Assembly (NCBI GenBank): GCA_963777155.1
Contig: CAVZPM010000001.1
Location: 64,001 to 128,000 of the forward strand
Direction of reading: 5' to 3'
DNA: 64,000 nt
Origin: Candidatus Bathyarchaeota archaeon
Lineage (GTDB): Archaea; Thermoproteota; Bathyarchaeia; Bathyarchaeales; Bathycorpusculaceae
Part shown: one piece after another, positions 38,213 through 47,908 of the stretch
Position numbering within the stretch: the first letter of the stretch is position 1
Layout of the letters: each line of letters opens with the position of its first letter
The notes under the pieces: generated by a model
Databases searched by the model: none
Seen by the model: only the letters and a program-made list of their open reading frames with translations
Told to the model about the DNA's origin: nothing
Made by a program: the position numbers and the translations under genes

Positions 38213-38827
38213 TTATGCAGGGATGAACTGTCGAGTTGGGTTGGTTTCAAGTACTCTTTCGAGCTCTTTGATACCTAAGCCTTTGAGCTCGTCGCCGAAG
38301 GTTTCGCATTTACGTTTTTTTCCTGCCTCTTCTCGGCTGCGGACAACGATTTCAAGTCCATGTTTAGATATGGTTTCAGAGTAAATGTGAAATGATTCCA
38401 AGGTTGCTCCACGCTTATTGACAGTTGTCCATTTAGTTTTCTGAACCTTTATGCCTGCAGCTTTGAGGATTATTGGGATTTCTTCGGGGTCATCAGTGTA
38501 GACAGCGATGTCAATGTCGCTTCCCTGCTTAATCGTCCCACGCCAAACACTTCCAATCAAAACGGGGCAAAACCCGCCCAGAAGACGCATTATCTCTACT
38601 GCTTCAGTGCGCATCTGGACCAAGCGTTCGCTCCTTTTTGCGCCCTCGTTTTCCTCGGCAATCTTATCCAATTCGAGGGCTACTTCAAGGTTAGAGGGCA
38701 AGAAATGAACGCCGAATGTTTTGGCTGCTTTCTCTTTAGCTTGTTTGTACTCTTTCTCCGCCCCAAAATAAAGGAGTGTGGCGGCTTCTTTTGTGACTCG
38801 CTGCTTTAAATCAAAGTCGTCCGTCAA
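38213..38827 (-). CDS. Pol-beta-superfamily nucleotidyltransferase domain protein
   Basis: LIGSVWRG....SDIDI; N-terminal EYKQAK.KAA. Confidence 0.85.
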   Translation of the reverse strand: MTDDFDLKQRVTKEAATLLYFGAEKEYKQAKEKAAKTFGVHFLPSNLEVALELDKIAEENEGAKRSERLVQMRTEAVEIMRLLGGFCPVLIGSVWRGTIKQGSDIDIAVYTDDPEEIPIILKAAGIKVQKTKWTTVNKRGATLESFHIYSETISKHGLEIVVRSREEAGKKRKCETFGDELKGLGIKELERVLETNPTRQFIPA

Positions 38828-38832
38828 GGCGT

Positions 38833-40083
38833 TTACCGTTTTACGATTGTCTCATACAGCTCCACGGTTTTCTCCGCTATTCTGCTCCACGTGAACTCTG
38901 CCAAAACCCTTTTTCTGCCGTTCTTACCTAGTATTTTACGCCTCTCAGGGTTTTCAAGAGCGCTAATGACTCCCCATGCGATGTCTGAGGGGTTGTTTGG
39001 GTCTACGTGGAAGCCGCATTGTTCTTCACCGCAGCAAATCACGATTTCCCGCATCCCACTGACTCCGGCGGCGCCGACCACAACGGGTTTCTCCATACTC
39101 ATGGCTTCAAGCGCGACTATACCGAAAGGCTCGTAGAAGCTTGGGAACACTGCTATGTCGCAGGCTGCATAATGTTGAATGCGTTCCTCTTCTGGAATGA
39201 AATCAAAGCAGAATTTGACGTATTCGTCCAGTTTTGTCATTCGGGTCAGGTTTGTGAGGTATTCTTGTAGGTCACCGACGCCGACGACGACCAATTTTAC
39301 TTTGGGAATTTTGGAGATGATATGGGGCATAGCCATGATTAATTTATCAACGCCCTTAACCATGACGAGGCGTCCGAGGAATAGAATCATTAGCTCATCG
39401 TCTTTGATTCCGTATTTTTCCCTGATTTTCTGGATATTTTCCTTTGAAACGTTCTCTGGCTTATACTTTTGTGGGTCAACCCCGTTGTAGCTGACCTGGA
39501 TCTTTTCTTTAGGAAAACCTAGCTGGACTAATTCATCTTTCATCGCGTATGAGACTGTGACAACCATGTCAGCCATCTTGCCAGCTCTCAACTCGATGTT
39601 GCTAACTACACTCGAACCATTACCTAGCGTTCTGCCCTTCTCGGTGGAGTGAACGTGGAAAGCCAAAGGCATACCAGTTTCACGTTTAACTGTGATTCCG
39701 CCCATAGCTGAGAGCCAATCGTGGGCTACAACGACGTCGTATTTCATGCCTTCTTTTTTGATGAGTTCGTTAACCAACTTTGCTGCTGAAAGGTAATTGT
39801 AAACCATCAGTTTGCCGAACAAATGAATACCCCGACCCCACTTCCGTATGTCTTCCGCGATTACGTCGGGCAATGAATCTGACACGTCTATGTGGAGTGG
39901 ACGGTGGATTTCTATGCCGCGCCAAATCTCTCGGGTCGGCAAGGATCCGGCATCGTCGTTCATTGTGAAGACGGTAACGTCATGATCGTTTAGAACGAAT
40001 TTCCTTGTGATTTCAGCTGCGTAGGTTCCCAGTCCACCTACTATTTTAGGTGGATACTCGTAGACAAAAACGGCAATCTTCAT
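38833..40083 (-). CDS. Glycosyltransferase family 4 (glycogen-synthase-like)
   Basis: EYPPKIVGGLG, HDW, HSTE, GRL..VKG, YEPFGIVALEAM. Confidence 0.92.
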   Translation of the reverse strand: MKIAVFVYEYPPKIVGGLGTYAAEITRKFVLNDHDVTVFTMNDDAGSLPTREIWRGIEIHRPLHIDVSDSLPDVIAEDIRKWGRGIHLFGKLMVYNYLSAAKLVNELIKKEGMKYDVVVAHDWLSAMGGITVKRETGMPLAFHVHSTEKGRTLGNGSSVVSNIELRAGKMADMVVTVSYAMKDELVQLGFPKEKIQVSYNGVDPQKYKPENVSKENIQKIREKYGIKDDELMILFLGRLVMVKGVDKLIMAMPHIISKIPKVKLVVVGVGDLQEYLTNLTRMTKLDEYVKFCFDFIPEEERIQHYAACDIAVFPSFYEPFGIVALEAMSMEKPVVVGAAGVSGMREIVICCGEEQCGFHVDPNNPSDIAWGVISALENPERRKILGKNGRKRVLAEFTWSRIAEKTVELYETIVKR

Positions 40084-40249
40084 TTCTCTTCATCACCAGT
40101 TATTCATTTAGCATTATGAATCTTTATACTAAAGCTTTACTTATCTACGATAACTGCTCGAAACCAAACAAAAACATCTCTCTTAAACAAAAAGTTTAGG
40201 AAAAGTTTGATTAGATCGTTCTACATTACCACTACAAGAAGGTCTGCGT

Positions 40250-40840
40250 ATGAGTTTATCGCCTATTAAACAAGAAATACTAGAAACCATGCTCCTAAAC
40301 GGAAAACCACAGAAAGCCATGGACATCGCCAAAGAAGCCAAAAAAGAGTACCAGCCCGTCAACATGCACCTTTTAGGGCTCATCAAAATGGGGTATATTG
40401 CTATGCCGGAGAAGGGACTATACGCTATTACCGAGAAAGGAAAAAGAACGCTTGGAATACCGGAAACAACTAAAGAAAAAGCCGTCGCAATCCTAGCTTA
40501 TGCGCCACATGAAAAGGCATTTAATTTCTACGTCACATTTGGAAAACCACTGAGCATCCACGCTCATAGTTTAAGGGACTTCGCAAACAAGCTTGACCGC
40601 GCCGACATAGCCTCAGTAGAGTTTCACATACAACGAGGCGATTTCGAAGCCTGGTTTAAAGGATTGGGCGACGAGGAACTCTCTAAAAGAACCACAATAC
40701 TGAAAAAGAGAATTGCTGTTGGAGAAATCCTTCGCAAACAACTACATGATATTGTTGAGCAGCGATACCTTGAATTGGTAAAATTATCCGGTCAAACAAT
40801 CCCAACGGAAGAAGACCACACTCACAACCATACACATTAA
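40250..40840 (+). CDS. wHTH + DUF5752-like domain protein with His-rich tail
   Basis: N-terminal wHTH (HLLGLIKMGY...YAITEKG); AFNFY...AHSLRDF...VEFHIQRGDFEAW; ends HTHNHTH. Confidence 0.8.
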   Translation: MSLSPIKQEILETMLLNGKPQKAMDIAKEAKKEYQPVNMHLLGLIKMGYIAMPEKGLYAITEKGKRTLGIPETTKEKAVAILAYAPHEKAFNFYVTFGKPLSIHAHSLRDFANKLDRADIASVEFHIQRGDFEAWFKGLGDEELSKRTTILKKRIAVGEILRKQLHDIVEQRYLELVKLSGQTIPTEEDHTHNHTH

Positions 40841-40907
40841 TGGATTTATTTTGATTCTTTTTAATTACCTTAATTAGTTAAGAAAAATTTGCCCAAAAAA
40901 TGGGCGT

Positions 40908-41891
40908 TTAGGTTATTTGTTTGTAGATTGGGTGGTCTCTAAACTTCAAATTGGTCGTTGACCACTCTAAGGTCCCGCTGGGCAGTCTTGTGCAAATCGA
41001 TTGGACGATTGCGCCGCCAGATGTGAACCGTACGCCGTCAAGCATTTCGCCTTTTGTGACGCCTGAAGCTGCAAAAATCATTTCATTACCTTTTGCCAAC
41101 TCGTCTTCGGTGTAGGTTTTGTTGATGTCAACGCCTGCCGCTTTTAGTCTGTCCATGCGTTTGGCGTCGTCTTTTTTATCTTTCCAAACCTTAACCAGCA
41201 TTGTTCCACCTAGGCATTTCACGGCTACTGCAGCGATTGTTGCCTCCGCTCCCGCTCCTGCACCGATCAGCAGGTCAACACCTGAGTCAGGTAAGCATGT
41301 GACGATTGAGCCTCCGATGTCGCCGTCAGCTATGAGGATGATTCTTACACCCATCTTTCTTAGTTTTGCAAGCAATTCATTGTGTCTGTCACGTTCAAGC
41401 ATAATAACCGTGAAGTTCGCTAAAGGCCTGTTTTTCAACTTAGCTATTGTCTTGACGATTTCTTCAACTGACATATCAAGAGAAATCTTGCCCTTCGATA
41501 TGCCGTCGGTTGCAACTTTGAAGTAGTAGCCGTCGTCTGGCAAAACCTTTAAACAACCGGCAGGTGCACAACACAATGCTGAGATGGCGTCTTTCTTTCC
41601 TTTGGATGTTGCAGTTGTGCCATCTACTTGGTCAATTATGAATTCTACTTTGGGTCCATTTCCTGTGCCGACTTTTTCCATGAAGCTGAAGGCTGGGGCG
41701 TTGTCTTTTGGACCTTCGCAGCAAATAACTTCTCCATCAACTTCGGTTTGGCTTAAGACTGCTCTTGAAAAGTCGAGGGCAGTTTGGTCTACTTTGTCCG
41801 GATCTCCTTTCCCTATGTGTAGGGCAGCGCCCAGTGCTCCGGCTGTGGTGATTCTTGTCAACGATGGCGAAAGCGATCTCAGTGAGGTCAT
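40908..41891 (-). CDS. glpX: Fructose-1,6-bisphosphatase class II
   Basis: GKGD...D, CEG.KDNAP, DQVDGT, RDRH, DGDI, SGVT.G.MLDGV; ATG overlaps the upstream stop. Confidence 0.88.
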   Translation of the reverse strand: MTSLRSLSPSLTRITTAGALGAALHIGKGDPDKVDQTALDFSRAVLSQTEVDGEVICCEGPKDNAPAFSFMEKVGTGNGPKVEFIIDQVDGTTATSKGKKDAISALCCAPAGCLKVLPDDGYYFKVATDGISKGKISLDMSVEEIVKTIAKLKNRPLANFTVIMLERDRHNELLAKLRKMGVRIILIADGDIGGSIVTCLPDSGVDLLIGAGAGAEATIAAVAVKCLGGTMLVKVWKDKKDDAKRMDRLKAAGVDINKTYTEDELAKGNEMIFAASGVTKGEMLDGVRFTSGGAIVQSICTRLPSGTLEWSTTNLKFRDHPIYKQIT

Positions 41892-42820
41892 TTCTTTATC
41901 TCCTTTTTGCCTTTGCATTCGTTCAGCCAGAGCTCGGTGAACTCTTGGTAGTTTTGGGAGACTTTTTCTACTGCTTCTTTTCTGGTTGTTTTCCCTGCTT
42001 TGTGGTCTGCCAATGGTTCCCAGAAGATTGTTCTGCCAACTGCAAACCCGATGATGCCTGGGATTTTTGCTCCCACTTTAAGCCACTCCTGAACTTTCTC
42101 CTTGGATTCGCCGCGTCCCAAGGTGATGACACCTACTTTTCTGCCGCCGCTCTGGGCCTGTTTAACCACAGCTTTGGCGGCTTCCGGTTTGTCCACGCCC
42201 TCCAGCTTCCAAATCGTTGGTTCGACGCATGCATCCTGAATCTCTTTTATGGAATCAACCATCAATTTGGGGCGCAGTTCTTGGTCGTATTTTTCTTTTG
42301 ACCCGCCAAGTTTTGCAAGCTGGGCTGCTGTTGAGGGAACAATTAGTTCGAAGAGGAACGTTCGTTTTTTCTGTGTTAAATACTCGCTGAGTTTCTTTAG
42401 GCGCTGCAGTTGTCTCTTGTTCATGACTGCGTCACCTTCAGGGTTGTACCTAACCAGCACTTTTACGAAGGTAGGGTCGAATTCCTCAATGTGTTTAGCA
42501 AAATTTTCTCCATAATCGAAGTCAAATTCGTCTTGACCTGACTTCTCCACGGGCATCGCGAACATTAATCCGTCTTTTCTTGCTTCACGCAGGACACCAG
42601 CGCCGAACTCTTCATCTACCAGTAGGCCAGCTATGTCTTTGGGAACTTTTTTCTTTGTGGCTAGTCGGAAGCCTTCAAAAATTATTTTCTTGTAGTCTTC
42701 GATTTGCCGCTTTTCTTCAGGGGTTGGTTGACGACCTTTAATGCCGAACATTTTTTCCAGGAAAGACGCTCGATGGTCAAATGCTAAAATTAACAGCTCT
42801 TTCTGCGACCAGTCTATCAC
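41888..42820 (-). CDS. DUF2090 / LacD-like class I aldolase-fold protein
   Basis: LAFDHR, VKVLVRYNP, FLFEL, IWKLEG (Schiff-base Lys), GFAVGRTIF. Confidence 0.85.
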   Translation of the reverse strand: MIDWSQKELLILAFDHRASFLEKMFGIKGRQPTPEEKRQIEDYKKIIFEGFRLATKKKVPKDIAGLLVDEEFGAGVLREARKDGLMFAMPVEKSGQDEFDFDYGENFAKHIEEFDPTFVKVLVRYNPEGDAVMNKRQLQRLKKLSEYLTQKKRTFLFELIVPSTAAQLAKLGGSKEKYDQELRPKLMVDSIKEIQDACVEPTIWKLEGVDKPEAAKAVVKQAQSGGRKVGVITLGRGESKEKVQEWLKVGAKIPGIIGFAVGRTIFWEPLADHKAGKTTRKEAVEKVSQNYQEFTELWLNECKGKKEIKK

Positions 42821-43011
42821 TTAAGTCACCGTGCTTGTATTTTGTATGTCTCTCTAATAAAGCGTTATTGCCACAGCCGTTACATTTAACGGCTCCCAAA
42901 CCTCTCGTCATGAATAAACATGCAATTCGGCATTAAGATTTGCGCGCTGATTTGTTCATATAGAAATCATGAAATATCTAAACCCTCCATAAGTGGTGCA
43001 GAGGTATCTGG

Positions 43012-43512
43012 ATGAGCGAAACACGAACTGTCACTGTGAAACTTCCTGAAGAAGTCTACCAGGAAATGGCGCTGCGTATCCCCGAAGGAGACAGAAGCAC
43101 ATTTATCCGAGAAGCCATTTCTGAGAAACTCCAGAAAACACCCAAACCCGATATCCTATTGGCGCTGCAAGAGCGAATGGGAAGAGTCGAGCAGGAATTT
43201 GGTCAAATCCGCAAATACCTTGCCGACCTAGAAATCCTCACTTTTCAACATGGAAAAATCGACCCCCATACCTTCTGCCTCGATGAGGTGGACCATAAAA
43301 TCATGGAGTACCTGATGCATTACAAGTCAGCAACGACACCCGAACTTGCAGAATACGTTAAGACCAACCGCTGGCTCATCTTGAATCGGCTGCAGAAAAT
43401 CCAGAAAAAAAGTAAAAAACAAACTGGAAAATCAATAATCGAATATTATGGTGGCGAGCGTTCTGGTAAGAAGAAGGCTTGGTGGATAGACCAAGAGTTA
43501 ATTCAGGAATAA
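43012..43512 (+). CDS. Ribbon-helix-helix + coiled coil + wHTH transcriptional regulator
   Basis: TVTVKLPEE...RSTFIREAI.EKL; C-terminal ATTPELAEYV. Confidence 0.75.
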   Translation: MSETRTVTVKLPEEVYQEMALRIPEGDRSTFIREAISEKLQKTPKPDILLALQERMGRVEQEFGQIRKYLADLEILTFQHGKIDPHTFCLDEVDHKIMEYLMHYKSATTPELAEYVKTNRWLILNRLQKIQKKSKKQTGKSIIEYYGGERSGKKKAWWIDQELIQE

Positions 43513-43552
43513 GTTATCTTTAAATCGATAAGTCATGTTTGTTTGGCGTTGT

Positions 43553-43631
43553 GGGCTCGTAGTCTAGCACGGATTAAGGCATCGGCCTCCGGAGCCGAGA
43601 ATCCTGGGTTCAAATCCCAGCGGGCCCGCCA
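43553..43631 (+). tRNA. tRNA-Arg(CCG), CCA encoded
   Basis: GGGCTCG...TCGGC-CTCCGGA-GCCGA...CTGGG-TTCAAAT-CCCAG-CGGGCCC-G-CCA; TTTAAAT TATA upstream. Confidence 0.97.
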
Positions 43632-43639
43632 CCCTTTTG

Positions 43640-45133
43640 TCAAAATAGGCTCTTTATGTATTTTAGGATGAGTTGCGGCTGGCTAAACGCCGTTTTGAGT
43701 GCTTTTCCAGGATGCTTGATGTGCCCCAATAGTGATAGCTTCTTGTATTCAGCTAGAGCCTTTGCCGCTATTTCTTTTACTTGTACGGGTGTGAACTCGT
43801 TAGTTGTGATAAGCGGCATGCCTTTTGGTTGCCTTGCCTCAGCAAATGCATTCCAAGTAAGGTCTTGTCGGATGTAGCCTTTGGCTTTGCAGTCCTCATA
43901 AAGCCTTGTTCCATAAGAGGGTGTGGCCATGAACAAATGCATTCCAACGTCATATTTCCGTTTCAGCTCAAGCGCAAAATCCACTGTTCGTAGCATGTTC
44001 TCTTTTGTTTCGCCTGGGAAACCGATTATGTAGAAGGCTCCTGTTTTCAGCCCTATTTGTTTGGCGTCTTTTGCGAATTGAACTACACGCTTTAAGTCCA
44101 GGCTCTTGCAGATCACGGTGTCGAGGACATTTTGGTCGCCTGATTCTACACCCACAAAGATGCTGTTGGCTCCTGACTGTTTCATCTTCTTTAGCAGTTC
44201 CAAGTTTAGGCAGTCTGCGCGGACGCCGTTGGGGGTTTCCCAGCCAATTTTGATTTTTCGCTCGATTATTCCATCGCAGATGGCTTCGAATCTTTTGAGG
44301 TCTAAGGTTAGGTTGTCGTCTTCAAAAAAGATGTTCTTAACCTTAAACTTGTCAACCACAAATTGAATGTGGTCCAAGACGTATTGGGCTGAATGTGCCC
44401 TGAAACGTTGCCCCATGTGGAGATGCACGGCGCAGAAGCAGCAGTTAAAGGGGCAGCCTCGGCTGGTAATCATGGATATGGCTCGGTCTTGGAAACTACG
44501 ATAACCGACGCCTTCAGGCGGGTTTAGATAGCGCTCCATATCCACTAAGTCGTAAGCGGGGTAAGGTAACTGATCCAAGTTATCGATAAACGGTCTTGAT
44601 TTATTCAAAATAATTTCGCTTTTTTGGCGGTAAGCGATACCTAAAACTTCACTGAGGTTCTTTTTGCCTTCAAAGGCTTGGGTGACTTCCAGCATGGCGT
44701 ATTCGCCTTCACCCGTAACCGCTATATCCACGTCTCTGGCTTCTTTAAGGAACTCTTTAGGAACCAACGTGACGTGTGGACCGCCCACTATTGTTAGGAT
44801 TTTTGGGTTTACTTGTTTGGTCAGGTTGCTGATTTTAAGCGCGTTGCCGATTTGGCTAGTGAAGGGTCCCGCGATACCGACGATGTCGGGGCGGCGTTTT
44901 TCTATTTCCTGTTTCATCAACTCAGCGGGCAAGCCGACGTTTATGGTTTCACTATCCTCTTGAAAAACAGAGCCAGCCCCCATGAAGGCGTCTAAAATCT
45001 CCACTGGGTAACCTGATTTCTTGAGCACCGCAGCTATGTACATTAAACCAATAGGCAAGTTGCCTGCGGGTTGCTCAGAACCTGGATAAAACGTCTGCGG
45101 CGGATTGATTAGAAGAACTTTCATTGAATGCAC
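43640..45133 (-). CDS. B12-binding radical SAM protein
   Basis: LLINPP, GGPHVT, GEGE, TSRGCPFNCCFC, GVESG. Confidence 0.93.
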   Translation of the reverse strand: MHSMKVLLINPPQTFYPGSEQPAGNLPIGLMYIAAVLKKSGYPVEILDAFMGAGSVFQEDSETINVGLPAELMKQEIEKRRPDIVGIAGPFTSQIGNALKISNLTKQVNPKILTIVGGPHVTLVPKEFLKEARDVDIAVTGEGEYAMLEVTQAFEGKKNLSEVLGIAYRQKSEIILNKSRPFIDNLDQLPYPAYDLVDMERYLNPPEGVGYRSFQDRAISMITSRGCPFNCCFCAVHLHMGQRFRAHSAQYVLDHIQFVVDKFKVKNIFFEDDNLTLDLKRFEAICDGIIERKIKIGWETPNGVRADCLNLELLKKMKQSGANSIFVGVESGDQNVLDTVICKSLDLKRVVQFAKDAKQIGLKTGAFYIIGFPGETKENMLRTVDFALELKRKYDVGMHLFMATPSYGTRLYEDCKAKGYIRQDLTWNAFAEARQPKGMPLITTNEFTPVQVKEIAAKALAEYKKLSLLGHIKHPGKALKTAFSQPQLILKYIKSLF

Positions 45134-45358
45134 CCAGAGGATTAGCTAGTTGATGTGCTGGGATCTAAATTAATTTATTGTGGTCAGTTAACTTCAGAAA
45201 TCATTTCACAAAGCTGGTTCATGTATAATTAATTTATTGACTAGATTTTTCAAGAGTTAGTTGGCATGTTACTGTTATGCCACTACAACATAGCTTTATG
45301 AGCGGTTGTTCGGCTCTATACTTGTCAACTTTTCGATAGTTTCGTAGGAGGTGAAATT

Positions 45359-45676
45359 TTGAGTATGCGAACTGAAGAAAGGAAGGGTAAAATGACCGTC
45401 GCTGAAGCAGGCAGGAAAGGAGGAGAAAAAACAGCTTCAACACACGGACGCGAATTCTATGAAGAAATTGGCCGCAAAGGAGGCGAAAAAGTCTCTCATG
45501 AAAGAGGCCCTGAATTCTATAGTGAGATTGGAAGCAAAGGTGGTTCCGAACGAGCCAAACAGCACGAAGGCTCAGCAGAAGCAGAAGGCAAGACGAGCCT
45601 CGAAGAAGCTGGTCATAGAGGTGGACAGAGAGTTCGACGACTAATCCAAGCCGGTAGAGCGCATGAGGTAGAATAG
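45359..45676 (+). CDS. KGG-repeat general stress protein (GsiB/Em-like hydrophilin)
   Basis: EAGRKGG, EFYEEIGRKGG, EFYSEIGSKGG; GGAGGTGA RBS. Confidence 0.88.
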   Translation: MSMRTEERKGKMTVAEAGRKGGEKTASTHGREFYEEIGRKGGEKVSHERGPEFYSEIGSKGGSERAKQHEGSAEAEGKTSLEEAGHRGGQRVRRLIQAGRAHEVE

Positions 45677-45841
45677 GCTCATGTTCCAGCGAAGAACTTT
45701 TTTCATTTTTTCAAGATTTTGTCTGTAGGAAGAGGTGACTTTTTGGAAGAAAGAAGGGACGAGGTTGGCTCTATCTTTTTTCCGGTTTTAGCCCCCAAAG
45801 AATAGGAAATGTTGAAATAACTTCTTGTTTATTTTTTATTT

Positions 45842-46285
45842 ATGAAAAAGATTCTTGTTCTCTATTATAGTCGAACTGGAAATACTGAAAAAATGGCTAA
45901 TGCTGTGGCTGAAGGTGCAAAAAGCGGTAGCGATGTTGAGGTGGAACTTAGTTATCATGTGGATGCGGAAAGTTTGGGTTCCTATGATGCCATTATTGTC
46001 GGATCACCAACCTACCACCATGATATGCCCGTTGATTTCAAGAATCTTTTTGAGGAAGCAGCTGTAAAAGGAATAAGTTTGAAAGGCAAGATAGGCGCCG
46101 TATTTGGCTCCTATGGTTGGAGCGGTGAAGCACCAAAGCTTCTGTTGGAGATTATGAAGTACAAGTTCGAAATGGAGATAGCTGAATCACCCTTTCTTGC
46201 AAAGTACCTGCCAGATCAAAGCATGTTAAACGCCTGCAGGGCTCTTGGAGCGAAGGTTTCCGAAAGCTTGATGAATCGGGCTTAA
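45842..46285 (+). CDS. Flavodoxin
   Basis: YYSRTGNTEKMA, GSPTY, FGSYGWSGEA. Confidence 0.92.
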   Translation: MKKILVLYYSRTGNTEKMANAVAEGAKSGSDVEVELSYHVDAESLGSYDAIIVGSPTYHHDMPVDFKNLFEEAAVKGISLKGKIGAVFGSYGWSGEAPKLLLEIMKYKFEMEIAESPFLAKYLPDQSMLNACRALGAKVSESLMNRA

Positions 46286-46309
46286 CACTTAGCGATAGGA
46301 GAAAAGTTT

Positions 46310-46795
46310 ATGGAAAAAAAGAAGGATAATCTTCTTGACTTTTTGAAGAACCAAGTTACAGTTGAAAACGAAATTGTTTCTTCCCTTGAGAAAGCAATTG
46401 TTGACATGAAGAATCCTGCAGTTAAGGGGGTTTTGAAGGGTGTATCATTGGATTCTGTCAAGCACGCTGAACTCTACACTGCAGCTATTACATTGCTTAC
46501 CCAGTCTTCTACTGCCTTAAACCAGGGGGAGCTAGATGTGCAACGCGAGCTTGTCAAAAAGCACATCGAGATTGAGGCAAAACTGATACGGGTACTTAAT
46601 ACGATGATTCCCTCCATCGAAAACGAAAAGGTTGTGTTTTTGCTGAAAGCCATACTAAACGATGAAATCCGACATCACGCCATGCTAAAGATGCTTCTAG
46701 AAATAATTGTTCAGGGCGAAACCATCACGGAAGCTGACTGGTGGAAGATGCTCTGGGAAAACGTTCCGTTCCACGGCGCACCTGGCGGCGGCTAA
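46310..46795 (+). CDS. Ferritin-like domain protein
   Basis: DSVKH and DEIRHH motifs; C-terminal PFHGAPGG. Confidence 0.8.
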   Translation: MEKKKDNLLDFLKNQVTVENEIVSSLEKAIVDMKNPAVKGVLKGVSLDSVKHAELYTAAITLLTQSSTALNQGELDVQRELVKKHIEIEAKLIRVLNTMIPSIENEKVVFLLKAILNDEIRHHAMLKMLLEIIVQGETITEADWWKMLWENVPFHGAPGGG

Positions 46796-46815
46796 ACGAA
46801 AAATCGGAGTTTAGG

Positions 46816-47760
46816 CTAAGCGTTGTCGTTGCTGCTTATGACTTGCTGTGAAGAGCACCAGGTGTCGTCAACTATCTGCTGGAGCTCCGTTAGCACTGTG
46901 GCTAACATTTCGCCTTTGCTGGTTAAACCGTAGGCTTTGGGGGTTCTTCTTATGAAGACAAGTTTTTTGCCTTTCAATCCCCTGAGATACTTGTAGGTTC
47001 TTCGCATGGAAAGCCCTGTTTCTTTGGCAAGTTTCCCAGCAGAAATTCCTTCAGTGGGCAGTGCATCGTAGACTTTACGTTCCGTTTCCGCAAAGGTTTC
47101 TTTGTCTGGGTCACGTTTGGATTTAAAGAAGAATATGTAATCGCGCTCTTCAGGGGTTTCTATTAAACCAACTGAGCGCAGTCGTTTTAGAATTCTTGAG
47201 GATATCTTTGAGGAAATCAAGGTTTCTATTTGGTCAAAGGTTTTGGGACCGGAAAGTAACTCGCGTAGGAGGGTTTCCTCGTAGCATTCGGAGTGTGCGG
47301 GGAGCACTTCTGCAAATTCAGGGAAGTCGCCAAGCAGGTTTGTTAGGCGTCCGCCGAATGTGGTGGCATAGTATTCATCTCGTGACTCGGTTGCTAGTCC
47401 AACTGCCATTAAAGGTTGGAGGTATTCCTCGTTTATGGTGTCTTGGCTGTGGGAATAACCATTTTTTTTAAGTTCTTGTTGAAGCTGGCTGACTGAGTAT
47501 CTACCGTTAACTATTGCTTTTAAGATGTGGAGACGTGTTTCGTTCTTTAATACGTTGAATAATTCTTTTATGTAGTTGGGGTTGTCCATAGTTTCTCGGA
47601 GTTTTCGGAGTTCGTTTTTGAGTTTGTAGACTTGGCAACGTGTAATGCATTCTAGAGGCGAAGTTGGTGCGCAGTTTCTGCATTCCGCATCTAGTGTTTT
47701 TAACATTGATGTCAAGTCGCGGTTTTCGCCCGTTCGGTTGGTTTGTAGGACGTTACCCAT
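46816..47760 (-). CDS. Multi-wHTH (ArsR-like) regulator with N-terminal four-Cys cluster
   Basis: CRNC-x6-C-x3-C, then LFNVLKNETRLHILK and further HTH/wing repeats; GGAG RBS before ATG 47760. Confidence 0.75.
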   Translation of the reverse strand: MGNVLQTNRTGENRDLTSMLKTLDAECRNCAPTSPLECITRCQVYKLKNELRKLRETMDNPNYIKELFNVLKNETRLHILKAIVNGRYSVSQLQQELKKNGYSHSQDTINEEYLQPLMAVGLATESRDEYYATTFGGRLTNLLGDFPEFAEVLPAHSECYEETLLRELLSGPKTFDQIETLISSKISSRILKRLRSVGLIETPEERDYIFFFKSKRDPDKETFAETERKVYDALPTEGISAGKLAKETGLSMRRTYKYLRGLKGKKLVFIRRTPKAYGLTSKGEMLATVLTELQQIVDDTWCSSQQVISSNDNA

Positions 47761-47852
47761 TTGTTTGTTCTCCTTTGTGGCGTATGTTGGACAGGTGAAG
47801 GGTCGTGTGTTTGTGCAAAATTGCGGCTTTGTTGCTACCTGTCTTGACACGC

Positions 47853-47867
47853 GTCATAAATTATGAC
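47853..47867. promoter_or_regulatory. Perfect 7-1-7 palindrome between divergent regulator genes
   Basis: GTCATAA-A-TTATGAC, just upstream of TATTTAAATA. Confidence 0.55.
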
Positions 47868-47908
47868 AATCGGCATATTTAAATACATTTTCCCCAGAAA
47901 TACCCTAA

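Noticed and set aside
43553-43640. tRNA-Arg as an integration site
   Set aside because: No duplicated tRNA fragment or integrase was found nearby.
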